Shown here one piece after another: positions 44,410 to 53,663 of a DNA stretch of 64,000 bases. This DNA is from an uncultured delta proteobacterium (GTDB taxonomy: Bacteria; Desulfobacterota; RBG-13-43-22). Position numbers and translations under genes: made by a program. The number at the start of each line of letters is the position of its first letter. The first letter of the stretch is position 1. The stretch spans positions 1 to 64,000 of the forward strand of contig CAVUPH010000028.1 of NCBI GenBank assembly GCA_963743305.1, given 5' to 3'. The notes under the pieces were generated by a model that made no database searches, was not told the origin of the DNA, and saw only the letters and a program-made list of their open reading frames with translations.

Positions 44410-46387
44410 TTAGGCCGCTTCCATCTCCCGACGGCTGGCCATATCCATCAGGACCCGTTCGCGGGTCTTGTCTATGCCCAAAGCCTTCCGCTTCTTATCG
44501 ATATGGGCGATCATTAAACGGGCCATTTCGTACGGATCGGCCGTAAAGCCCCATTTGCCGAATCCCATTTCCTCCAGTCCTTCAAAAAGGAGTTTATGAA
44601 ATTTGGTCTCTTCGATAATGGGGAAGGTCACCCCAAAAATCGTGTAGACCCCGGAAGCCACGAAGTACTGACCGATGGTGATGGCCTTTTCGCTCATCCA
44701 TTCCGGGGCCGCTCCGGCCACCGGCAGGTCGGCCAGGCTCGTTCCCAATCCCCCTTCTCGGACCATCTCCGAACAGGCCTTGAGGATGCGGCTGTTGTCC
44801 ACGCAGGACCCCAGACCCAGAACCGGGGGCATGCCCACGGTTTCACAGACTTCCCGCAACCCGGGACCGGCCATATGGGCCGCTTCGGGTCGGTACAGGC
44901 CGGCCTTGGCCAGGGCAATCTGCGAACAACCGGTTTGGACCACCAGGACGTCGTTTTTGATTAGTTCTTTCACCAGTTCCACATGGACCCAATCCTGCTT
45001 GACCCGGGGATTGGTGCAGCCCACTACCCCGGCCACACCCCGGATCCGCCCGTTGATGATGTTATCATTGAGCGGTCGATAGGACGACCGGAAGCTGCCG
45101 CCCAGCATATAATTGATGTATTCATGGGAAAAGCCGTGGACGCCCAGGTTCTTGATCTGAGGAATTTCGATGGGCCCTTGCCGATGTCTTAAAGCGTTCA
45201 ATGGCCATACGCACAATGGCATCGGTACAGCGGCGGGGCTCGTGTTCCTCGAACGCAATGTGATCGGCCCCTTCAATGTGGCAGCGGGGGTTGGTGGTAA
45301 ACAGACGAGTTCCATAGCAAGCGGCCACCTTGGCCAGCCCCTGTTTGATGCACTGTACATCCACCCCCAGGGCATCCACCGCCCCGGTGACCAGAATGGC
45401 CTCGGTGGACATAAAGTTGCCGGCATGGGGGATACCGTGGCGGCAGAGCATCTCGGCCCCGGAACAGCACATGCCCACCAGGTTAAGATCCTTGGCCCCG
45501 GCGGCTTTGGCCTCCTGGATCAGGACCGGATCACTGACCGAGGCGATGATGGATTCAAAGAGGTTGGGTTCATGGCCGTGAATGATGATGTTGACCTGAT
45601 CTTCCTTTAAGACGCCCATATTCACCTCGGCCACCACCGGGGTGGGAATGCCGAAGAGGATATCCGAAATTTCAGTGCCCACCATGGATCCGCCCCAGCC
45701 GTCGGCCAAGGCCGTTCGGCTGCACTGCTTGGTGATATTCTCGTAATGCTGGTCCACCCCCATGTGGGTACGGTGGAGTAATTCCATGATCTCCCGCATG
45801 GCGCCCCGGGGGACGATACCGTGCTTGCGCCAGGTCTCCAGGGTCTTGGCCGGTACCCGTTTGGCAAAGGGAATCTCGCCCTCCACCTGGCTAAAGGTGC
45901 GTGCCAGTTCGTGGTACAGGTCGGTGGCGATCTCCATCATCTCCCGTCCTTCCACCGGGATACCCAGTTCACGGGCCACTTCTTCCAGCTTCAGGGGATC
46001 CTTGATGGTGTAATCGGGAATGGTCCCTTCAATGACCCCGCGAAAAACCTCAAGCATGACCATCCCGTGGTCGGTATGGGCGGCGGCCCCGGCGGCCACC
46101 ATGCGGGCGAAATTCCGGGACATGATGGTATCGATCGTGGCCCCGCAAACACCCACTTTTCCGTAGGGGTCTTTGGATGACAGCCTGCATGGCCCCATGG
46201 CGCAATGCTTGCAACAGGCCGAATCGGCCCCGATGGGGCAGGCTTTCATGGAATCGGCCCGGTGAAAAGCGGTTTCCACGCCGTCCCTCTCAGCCTTCCG
46301 CAGCATCTGGGCCGTGGCCTCACAACTGGTCACTGCCTGGATATTGAGGGGCTTTAATCCGGTGGGGGATTTTACTTCTTTTTCCAT
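44410..46387 (-). CDS. cooS: Anaerobic [NiFe] carbon monoxide dehydrogenase catalytic subunit, one frameshift near 45190
   Basis: CPIG..ACCKHCAMGPC, HGHEP, GMCCSG, VQCI, VGCTN, TGCS, GSCVDN, MSEKA: the D, B and C-cluster ligands are present. Confidence 0.93.
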
Positions 46388-46486
46388 TTTTTCTTCCTCC
46401 TTCGTAGTTAAAACAACCGTTTACTTCGCCCTCACACCAGCCAAGCAACAACCTTGGAGATACTGAGGCCATAAATTCAACCTCTC

Positions 46487-46540
46487 AACTATTTTAATAA
46501 TAGTTATTAATAATGTTAAACCATAAAAAGGAAAAGTCAA
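46487..46540 (-). promoter_or_regulatory. Putative cooS promoter and operator
   Basis: TTGACT-16 nt-TAACAT on the minus strand; AACTATT-N5-AATAGTT palindrome at 46487-46505. Confidence 0.5.
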
Positions 46541-46723
46541 GAGAGCGGATTACTCACTCATTGGGGGAGGGAGTCAGGGACTTGTTTTGGGCACGAGGGG
46601 GGAGGGGGGCTAACTAAAAAAAACTTGCGTCTTTGGTTTTACCTCCGAAATTCGTATTTCGAATTTTTATTTAAGCAACTTTCCAAGGGATTCTTCCGCT
46701 CACCCGGAGCCGGTCTTCGTGGC

Positions 46724-47080
46724 TCAGGTAAAAGGAGAGGACGGCGGAGGGCCGTCCAGGCTGGTCAAGGTGGTTAATCCGGGAGAGGGTTTTATCGCTT
46801 CCACCGGTTTGGGGGCCAGGGAATCCATGGCCCGCTGCTGAAGCAATTGGGTCTTCGTGGCCCCGACCGTCATGGCCAGGGCCAGGGTTTCCTGGATCTC
46901 CTCTTCGGTTGCGCCCAAATCCCTTGCGACCGCAAGGCAGTAAGCCGTTCAGGGCTCGCAGCCGGCCCCCAGCGAGGCCCCCAGGGCGATCAGGTGCTTC
47001 ATCTTGCGGTTGATGGCCCCGTCGGCATAGGCGGTCTCAAAAAATTCCCGGTATTGGTTCAATCCGTCTTCGACCCCCAT
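46724..47080 (-). CDS. AhpD/carboxymuconolactone decarboxylase-family selenoprotein (C-x-x-U); the ORF track splits it at TGA 46949-46951
   Basis: KMKHLIALGASLGAGCEP-TGA-TAYCLAVARDLGATEEEI is one continuous frame; hairpin CCTTGC-GGTC-GCAAGG after the TGA; GGAGG RBS before 47080. Confidence 0.85.
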
Positions 47081-47842
47081 GCCTTTTCCTCCTTCACTTT
47101 TGGTTGCCCTAAACAATGTCCCTTTGGTAACCGGCGAACTGTTAAACCCGGTTTCTCCGGCCGACTCAGCCCCGTTGAACCCCGCTTCCTTCATCAAAGC
47201 CAGGAAATCCTTTCCCGGTATGGCCCCGCCCTCTCAGCGGAACCAGCTTTCGATTCGTTCCGGAGGACTCTTGGTCAGCGCCCCGCTCAAAATCTGGTCG
47301 GCGATCAGTAGCCGGCCGTTCGGTTTCAAGACCCGGCAGGCCTCTTTCAACATGCGGCCCTTGGCAGGGATCAAATTGAACACCCCGTTGGAAATGACCA
47401 CGTCGAAGCTCCCGTCGGGGAAGGGCAGGTCTTCTCCGGAAAATTCCTGGAAAGCCACGTTGGTCAAGTCCGTCTGTTTCAGGTTTTCATAAGCCCGGAC
47501 GACCATCTCCGGCGACAAATCCAGACCCACCACCTTGCCTCCGGCCCCCACCATGCGGGCGGCCACCAGGCTGTCCAACCCACCGCCGCTGCCGATGTCC
47601 AGGACCGTTTCCCCCCGGTCCACCGAACCCAGAGAGAAAGGATTGCCCACACCGCAGAAAGAATCCAAGACACTTTCCGGCAGTGATTTCAGGATTTCCG
47701 GGTCATACCCCAAGGCCTCCAGACCGGCCCTTCCGGTTGGGTATTTGAACAACCCCTGGGGGCTGCCGGCCACCTTGGCGTATTTTTCCCGGATACCGGC
47801 TTCGATCTTTTGTTTATCCCCCGGGGATAATACAGTTTCCAT
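47081..47842 (-). CDS. ArsM/AS3MT-like SAM-dependent methyltransferase, selenoprotein (TGA 47234-47236 read as Sec); 3' end uncertain
   Basis: FCGVGNP, VLDIGSGGGLD, RVLKPNGR, then SWFR-TGA-EGGAIPGKDFLALMKEAGF, which matches the ArsM W-x-x-C-x-x-GA motif; hairpin CCGGGAAA-GGA-TTTCCTGG after the TGA. Confidence 0.82.
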
Positions 47843-47949
47843 CGCTCGACCTCTTGATACCTTGATATTCTAACGAAGCACCCACCTTGGTGTAGGGGTG
47901 ATTTCAGTCGTACTCACCCAAGAATAAATCCGATCGCGTCTCCTAAATC

Positions 47950-48255
47950 TCAATTTTGAGAGATCTCCTTCCAAGCCTGCTGAACGGCCTCGGTCAGATC
48001 GCCCATTTCCGGGATATGGTCAAAAGCGATCTTCTCGTTGATCACGATCGAAGGAACAGCCGGTTTGCGGCCGGACAGCCGGGTGAGTTCTTCATGCCGC
48101 AGCAGCCCTTCCCGGGCCCCCATATCCACCACTTCCCAGGTTAATACCCCGGGCTCAAATTCCGGGGCGATTTCTTCCAGGATAGCCAGGGCCAAGTCGC
48201 AGAGCAGGCAGCCCTTCTTCTTGGCGATAATCTCCACATATACTTTTCGGTCCAT
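47950..48255 (-). CDS. Small thioredoxin-fold protein (CLLC)
   Basis: KGCLLCD...AVPSIVINEKIAFD. Confidence 0.8.
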   Translation of the reverse strand: MDRKVYVEIIAKKKGCLLCDLALAILEEIAPEFEPGVLTWEVVDMGAREGLLRHEELTRLSGRKPAVPSIVINEKIAFDHIPEMGDLTEAVQQAWKEISQN

Positions 48256-48464
48256 CTCCTTACTCATCCGGTCCGGCATGACGGAGTCAACCCAGGCGCT
48301 TATTCAGCATTTACACGCGCCCAAGATACCCGGATATCTCTTGATAATTGACCCGGCCTCCTACGAATCGCTCCACTTCCGAGCCCTCCCGATGGATGGC
48401 TTTCCTTTTCCCCAGGGGCTGCCTTGAGCCTTTCTTCCTTTAACCTTTTCCTTCGAACCCTTTA

Positions 48465-48971
48465 TTAATCCAGTAATACCATACTATACCAGGCCGGCAA
48501 CAGTTTTCCCTCCTTATCAAACGCTATTTTGAAACCCAACGGCTCGATAGTTTTGCCGATATCCATCCCGTAGGCGTCCATGGACGGCCGGGCCAGGTGC
48601 GGAAAATTGCAGGGACTGGGGAAGGCACATTCTTCGCACTGGACGCAAAGGACCAGTGCCAGGGCATAACTACAGTTGTAGGAAAGCATGGCCTCTTTTT
48701 CCACGGCCAGGGCAACGTTCTGTCCTCCTTTTGGCTCTGTAGTCTGGATGACCAGGCCCCAACGATAGCGTTCGAAAGCCTCCTTGAACAGATCCTGAGG
48801 GATGCTCATATTGGGTGGACAGGTCCAGAACTTCCCCCAGCGACTGCAGCCGAACCGACATTTGAGAAAAGAGCGGGGATCGAAAACCACTTGACTGGTT
48901 TCCAAAAGCTTCGCTTTGGCTGCTCCCAGTTCAATGGCCTTCGTTTCTAAGGGTTCAAAATAGGTTCTCAT
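48465..48971 (-). CDS. DUF2284-like Cys-rich putative metal-binding protein
   Basis: KCRFGC..WTCPP, CVQCEEC, ARPSMDAYGMD. Confidence 0.8.
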   Translation of the reverse strand: MRTYFEPLETKAIELGAAKAKLLETSQVVFDPRSFLKCRFGCSRWGKFWTCPPNMSIPQDLFKEAFERYRWGLVIQTTEPKGGQNVALAVEKEAMLSYNCSYALALVLCVQCEECAFPSPCNFPHLARPSMDAYGMDIGKTIEPLGFKIAFDKEGKLLPAWYSMVLLD

Positions 48972-49073
48972 GATTTCCTCCGTATTTTCGTACTAACCCC
49001 TCAGGCCGTCGGCCTTTGGTCGAGCGCCGACAAGCAGTATCGGCAAAGATTTCACAATGGACCAGGAGAGAAT

Positions 49074-49916
49074 TTAAAGTCGATCCAGGGGCTTTTCCCC
49101 GCAGGTACAGACGATCCGCGGGCGGTCCAGCAGTCGCTGAAATACCCCTCGGAAAAGCATGGCCGCGGCCAGTCCGCCCAATAGGGGCCCCAGTATATAG
49201 ACGGTAATAAAACCGCCGCGAGGTCCCGGAATCGCAACCGACCCCCAGCCCGCCAGGTAAGCTACCAGCCGTGGGCCGAAGTCCCGGGCGGGATTCAGAC
49301 CGGCCTGGGTCAGGGGCGCCAGCAGAGAGATAATCCCCATGACGGTCAGGCCGATGAATACAGGTGCGATATCGCTGGAGGGACGGCCGACATTGCAGTC
49401 TTCGGTTAAGAAAAAGATGATGGTCACCAGGAGAAAAGTCCCGAGGGCCTCGATCAGGACGGCCATCGGCTTCGAAACGATCGTAATGGCCGCCGGGGCC
49501 GAGGGGTTGGGGAAATATTCCCCGAACAGGGAAGCGCTCCTGACCGATTCCGCGGACCCGCGAATGATCCGGTGGAAGGTTTCATACCCGATGATGGAAT
49601 CCCCGAAAATAAGCAGCAGGACCCACCCGGCAATAAAAGCCCCGAGAAACTGGGCGGCCAGATAGGCAGGCAGTTTCCTCGGCTCCATGCGTCCGGCAAT
49701 AACCATAGCTACACTGACCGCGGGATTCAGGTGGGCGCAGGAAAGGTGCCGGCTGGCGTAAATGGCCAAGGTGACCCCGATGCCCCAAATCCCGGCCACC
49801 TGGAATAAGCCGTTGTGAGCGGAGAAAAGGGTGTCCGAGGCCACCACCCCGCAGCCGAAAAACACCAGGATAAAGGTGCCCAGCAGTTCGCCGACGAAAT
49901 TGGTGGTTAAACCCAA
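49074..49916 (-). CDS. MIP family aquaglyceroporin
   Basis: HLNPAV and LNPARDFGPR (GlpF-type Asp after the second NPA); C-terminal CTC. Confidence 0.92.
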   Translation of the reverse strand: MGLTTNFVGELLGTFILVFFGCGVVASDTLFSAHNGLFQVAGIWGIGVTLAIYASRHLSCAHLNPAVSVAMVIAGRMEPRKLPAYLAAQFLGAFIAGWVLLLIFGDSIIGYETFHRIIRGSAESVRSASLFGEYFPNPSAPAAITIVSKPMAVLIEALGTFLLVTIIFFLTEDCNVGRPSSDIAPVFIGLTVMGIISLLAPLTQAGLNPARDFGPRLVAYLAGWGSVAIPGPRGGFITVYILGPLLGGLAAAMLFRGVFQRLLDRPRIVCTCGEKPLDRL

Positions 49917-49985
49917 GATTCCCCCGTGTTTGAAAACAGGTGCCCTGATAAACTAAATCCGAATTTCGTCCTTCGGGTTTCGATT

Positions 49986-51011
49986 TTAACCGGCCATGGG
50001 GTCCCGCTGCGACTCCTCGGTAAAGTCGGGATTGTTCGCGGCGACGGCGGCCAGTTGGGGCATCACCTCCGGAGGGCCGATAAATACCACCCGGTTGAGC
50101 AGGTTGATCCTTTCCGGAGGCAAAGCGGTTTCCTCCAAAGTCCACCGCCCCATGACCCAACTGAATAAATAGATCCTGATTCCATCTTCACTGATAAACC
50201 CCTTGGATCGGACCAGGGTCTTGGGAAAACGGCCGACCAGAGTCTTGAAGCCTTCCAAATCTCCCCCCTTCCAGGCATAAATGGCTGAGAGCAGACGGTC
50301 GGGCGGGGTGATTTCCCGGTTGGGATCGGCCAGCATCCGCTCAATGGCTGCTTCCAGTTCCCGGGAGGTCAGGTAACGCGCCCGGGTCCCTTCTCCTATC
50401 TGGGCCGCCGGATCCAAGCCTTTAAAGAAAAATTCCTGAAAAGGGAACTCGGCGAAAGTGGTTTCGAAAAATACCGGCGCCGGATGATGACGGGCGACCA
50501 AATCCTTCACCTGTTGGACCTGCGCGACGGTGGCCAGATCCACTTTGTTGATTATAAAAACCGTCGAAGAAGCAATCTGTTTCTCCACCGATGAAAATAC
50601 CTCGTATTCCTCTTCAAAATGGGCGGCGTCGATTACACAGAACTGCTCGGCCAGGTTGAAACGGTTATTGAAAAAGGGAAGGGTTAAATCCCGTTTCAGG
50701 TCCGTGGGGTTGGCCACCCCGGTGGATTCGATCAGCAGTACGTCCGGCTGAGTATCTTTGGCGATCTTTTGAAGCCCTTTGATGAAATCCGTCTTCACAC
50801 AAACACAGAAAATGGATCCTTTGCTGATTTCCAGGAGGTCAATGTCTTCATCCTGAACCAGTGTACCGTCCACATCCAGTTCGCCGAATTCATTCATCAG
50901 GATCATCAGTTTTTTATCCCGGGGAAAATCCTTAATGATCCGGTTCAGAAAGGTGGTTTTCCCGCTGCCTAAAAACCCGGTGATCAAGAATACGTTAGTT
51001 CGGTCGCCCAT
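49986..51011 (-). CDS. COG0523/CobW family G3E metallochaperone GTPase
   Basis: GFLGSGKTT, NEFG, GSIFCVC, ESTGVANP, NKVD. Confidence 0.9.
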   Translation of the reverse strand: MGDRTNVFLITGFLGSGKTTFLNRIIKDFPRDKKLMILMNEFGELDVDGTLVQDEDIDLLEISKGSIFCVCVKTDFIKGLQKIAKDTQPDVLLIESTGVANPTDLKRDLTLPFFNNRFNLAEQFCVIDAAHFEEEYEVFSSVEKQIASSTVFIINKVDLATVAQVQQVKDLVARHHPAPVFFETTFAEFPFQEFFFKGLDPAAQIGEGTRARYLTSRELEAAIERMLADPNREITPPDRLLSAIYAWKGGDLEGFKTLVGRFPKTLVRSKGFISEDGIRIYLFSWVMGRWTLEETALPPERINLLNRVVFIGPPEVMPQLAAVAANNPDFTEESQRDPMAG

Positions 51012-51050
51012 AGAAACACCCCTAAAAATTTAGTTCATCCCCGCAATAAA

Positions 51051-51305
51051 TTATTGAATAAACCCTTTGGCTCGCAATTTATCCAGAATCTGATCCGGGT
51101 TGAGCAGCATGCCGGTGGAAAGAACCTGGCCGTCGCAGACCAGGCCGGGAGTGGCAAAGACCCCCATTTTCATAAAGTAGTCAATATCCTTCATTTTAAC
51201 CACTTCGGCCTGGTCCCGTATTCCGGCTTTGTCCAGGGCCTTGAGGACGTTTTCATAGAGTGTTTCGCAATTTTTACACCCGGGTCCGAGAACTTCAATA
51301 CGCAT
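51051..51305 (-). CDS. MTH895-type small redox-active disulfide protein
   Basis: IEVLGPGCKNC...GVFATPGLV. Confidence 0.9.
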   Translation of the reverse strand: MRIEVLGPGCKNCETLYENVLKALDKAGIRDQAEVVKMKDIDYFMKMGVFATPGLVCDGQVLSTGMLLNPDQILDKLRAKGFIQ

Positions 51306-51321
51306 AATGGGTTCCTTTCAG

Positions 51322-51651
51322 CTAGGGGTCTAGTAAGTTGCCAGTCAGGGGGATATTGTCATCCTCTTCCATCTGCTCTAAAGGGGTTACCGATCTCTGC
51401 TCCTTATCCATAACCAAAAGAACCTCACAGAACTTGCAGACCACCAGGTCCCCTTCCCGCCCAAATTGCTCCCAGAGTTTTCGGTAATCCTCCGGACAAG
51501 GTTCCAGATCCTCGGGTTTCTCCAGAGAGTTAATCCGATCCGATTTGCCGCAGTAGGGACAGCGGATCCCGAAGAGGGCCAAGTCCCGCTTTGGAAGCCC
51601 CAGATTCCTGATCAGGTTGCGAAAGTGTTCTATCTGTTCCCAATTCGTCAT
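51322..51651 (-). CDS. Small zinc-ribbon protein
   Basis: CPYC...CKFC; GGAG RBS before MTNWEQ. Confidence 0.7.
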   Translation of the reverse strand: MTNWEQIEHFRNLIRNLGLPKRDLALFGIRCPYCGKSDRINSLEKPEDLEPCPEDYRKLWEQFGREGDLVVCKFCEVLLVMDKEQRSVTPLEQMEEDDNIPLTGNLLDP

Positions 51652-51677
51652 GGCTCCATCCTCGCTTCGAAATTCCT

Positions 51678-52658
51678 CTAACAGCATTTGTAGAGCCGCA
51701 GCAGCCGTTCATTCATCACAAAATAGAATTTCATGAAGGAGGATCCGTCCATCCGGGTTCTAACCCCGTGCAGGGTATTGGCCAGGGCAATGGTGCTGCG
51801 AAGATGGGTAACCATGATCAAATGCTTTTTGGACGCCAATTCCTTCAGCAGGGCCTGCATGGATTTATGGTTCAGATAATCCAGGGCGGGTTCCACCTCA
51901 TCCAGCAGGTAAAAAGGGCTTTGCAGGCGCTCGAACAGGGCCAATTTCAAGGCCAAACTGGTAATGGCCTTTTCACCCCCGGAAAGTTGATGGCCCCTTC
52001 GGACCAGCCTACCCTTGACGGCTACCTCTACCTCCAGGCCCTTTCCCTTTTTCCCGTTGACGATCAGCAGGTGGCCCTCCCCCTCCGGGAATAAATAGTG
52101 GAGGTACCTTTGAAACAAAGGATCGGTTTCACTCATTAGTTCTTGGGAAAGCGAGTCCGTCGACTTCTTTCCATTAAGGCTCTGGATCCAGCGAAGGCGG
52201 TCCGCCGGCAGCAGGGCCAGGAGATCGTTGATCTGCTCCTGTCGGATGATGGTCTTGATAGTGTCGGCCAATCCCAGTGCCTTGAGTTTCTTCCGGTAGG
52301 TTGCCGGGCTGACCGTCTCATCCTGGACCTGCCAGGTTTCTTGACCATCTCGGGTCACCGTTCGGGCCAGTCGGATTTCCGAAGAATTTTTCTCCGGACT
52401 TTCTTTAAAAACCAGTTCCGCCCGAACCCGGGAGGCCGGAGGGTAGGCCTTATTGCCGGCGAAAAAAAGCTCCTCGCGCTCCAGTAAACGGAGCTTGACC
52501 AAGTCATTTTCTCCCAAGGTCCAGACAATTGCATCCAGGATATTGGACTTGCCTACCCCGTTGTTCCCGATGATCACCCCGATGCCTGGTTGGAAGCTCA
52601 TCGCCGTGGGTTCGGAAAAGGACTTGAAGCCTTCAATGGTTACGTCTTCCAGATGCAT
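51678..52658 (-). CDS. SMC-family head-only ABC ATPase (no long coiled coil or hinge)
   Basis: GFKSF, GNNGVGKSNI, IIRQ, LSGGEK, LLDEVEPALD, VTH within 326 aa; ends in KCC. Confidence 0.85.
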   Translation of the reverse strand: MHLEDVTIEGFKSFSEPTAMSFQPGIGVIIGNNGVGKSNILDAIVWTLGENDLVKLRLLEREELFFAGNKAYPPASRVRAELVFKESPEKNSSEIRLARTVTRDGQETWQVQDETVSPATYRKKLKALGLADTIKTIIRQEQINDLLALLPADRLRWIQSLNGKKSTDSLSQELMSETDPLFQRYLHYLFPEGEGHLLIVNGKKGKGLEVEVAVKGRLVRRGHQLSGGEKAITSLALKLALFERLQSPFYLLDEVEPALDYLNHKSMQALLKELASKKHLIMVTHLRSTIALANTLHGVRTRMDGSSFMKFYFVMNERLLRLYKCC

Positions 52659-52679
52659 TTTTATGGTTCCCTTTCTTTC

Positions 52680-52955
52680 TTATTCTTTCAGTCCAAATTC
52701 CCTCAGAGCCTTCCAGAGCGTTTCCCTGCTGGGGCTGATTCCCTCGATTCGTATCAGGCTTTCAATCACTATGGCCGGGACCACCTTCAAACCCAGTTCC
52801 GCCATCCGTTCCTTTCCGTCGCCCCCCTTATGCAGAACGCAGTGCACCCGTTCTCCTAACGAACCCTTCAACTCAGCGCACAACTGCTCCAACTCTTGAC
52901 AGCCCGGGCAAGGCGGTTCTCCTATAAAAGCCTCCAATTGAACCGGTGGGGACAT
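52680..52955 (-). CDS. Small thioredoxin-fold protein (CPGC)
   Basis: EPPCPGC...VVPAIVI. Confidence 0.8.
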   Translation of the reverse strand: MSPPVQLEAFIGEPPCPGCQELEQLCAELKGSLGERVHCVLHKGGDGKERMAELGLKVVPAIVIESLIRIEGISPSRETLWKALREFGLKE

Positions 52956-52960
52956 GGTTT

Positions 52961-53380
52961 TTACCCTTCCCCGGCGGCTTCCCGCAGCCAAGTTCGAAGC
53001 AATTCGGACTCGGGCACGCTGCCATGGTGCTTCAGCTCTCCGTTGACGATCAGGACCGGAGTCATCCACATGTTCAGATGGTCGGCCTTTTCCTGACAGG
53101 GGAGCAGGGCCTGGTCCAGGTCCGGCGACCAGTCCTGTTTCAACAGACCCGCCACCCGGCTCCAGTCCACCTCCACAGTGCCCTCTTGGGCCACGTCTTT
53201 GGCCGTCCCCAGCCCCCGCTGCCATTGACGGGCCAAAGCCTGGGCTTCCGACGACCGGCAGTCCATTTTCCGGACCTTCACTTCGATACCGGCCCCCTCC
53301 GCTTCCTGGTTAACCCGCTGGACCAGGAGGCTGCAGCGGATACAGGGCGGTTCTGTCCCGATAACGATGACCTCAACCAT
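52961..53380 (-). CDS. Thioredoxin-fold protein (CIRC)
   Basis: GTEPPCIRC...MTPVLIVNGELKHHGSVP. Confidence 0.82.
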   Translation of the reverse strand: MVEVIVIGTEPPCIRCSLLVQRVNQEAEGAGIEVKVRKMDCRSSEAQALARQWQRGLGTAKDVAQEGTVEVDWSRVAGLLKQDWSPDLDQALLPCQEKADHLNMWMTPVLIVNGELKHHGSVPESELLRTWLREAAGEG

Positions 53381-53663
53381 TTTTCAATCCCCAGCGGCGT
53401 CGAATTTCCTCGGCTAGTTCTTCCTGCCCGGGAATTAAGGATTCATAAACCAACTGTTCGTCCAGAGCGATGCTGGGCAGGGATTTGGCCTTTAATTCCC
53501 GAAACCGGTTCACTCCTTCCCGGGTGCGCATATCCCACTCCCGGACCTTCATGAGGTCCTGAATTTCCTGCGGTAAAACCTTTACCGCCTCGGCCATATA
53601 GACGCAGGCCAGTCACTGGCGGAAATCGGTTAAGAGGACGTCAACAAGAACTTTTTTTTCCAT
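53373..53663 (-). CDS. Thioredoxin-fold selenoprotein (U-x-x-C), Sec at TGA 53613-53615
   Basis: GGAG RBS, MEKKVLVDVLLTDFRQ-TGA-LACVYMAEAV...LPSIALD; hairpin GCGGTAAA-GGT-TTTACCGC downstream. Confidence 0.85.

Noticed and set aside
44410-46387. cooS as a pseudogene or programmed frameshift
   Set aside because: A single extra base near 45190, all cluster ligands intact and no clear slippery site; most likely a sequencing indel
51678-52658. Wadjet/MksBEF or other SMC-based defence system
   Set aside because: No kleisin, KITE or nuclease partners and no coiled coil; neighbours are redox proteins
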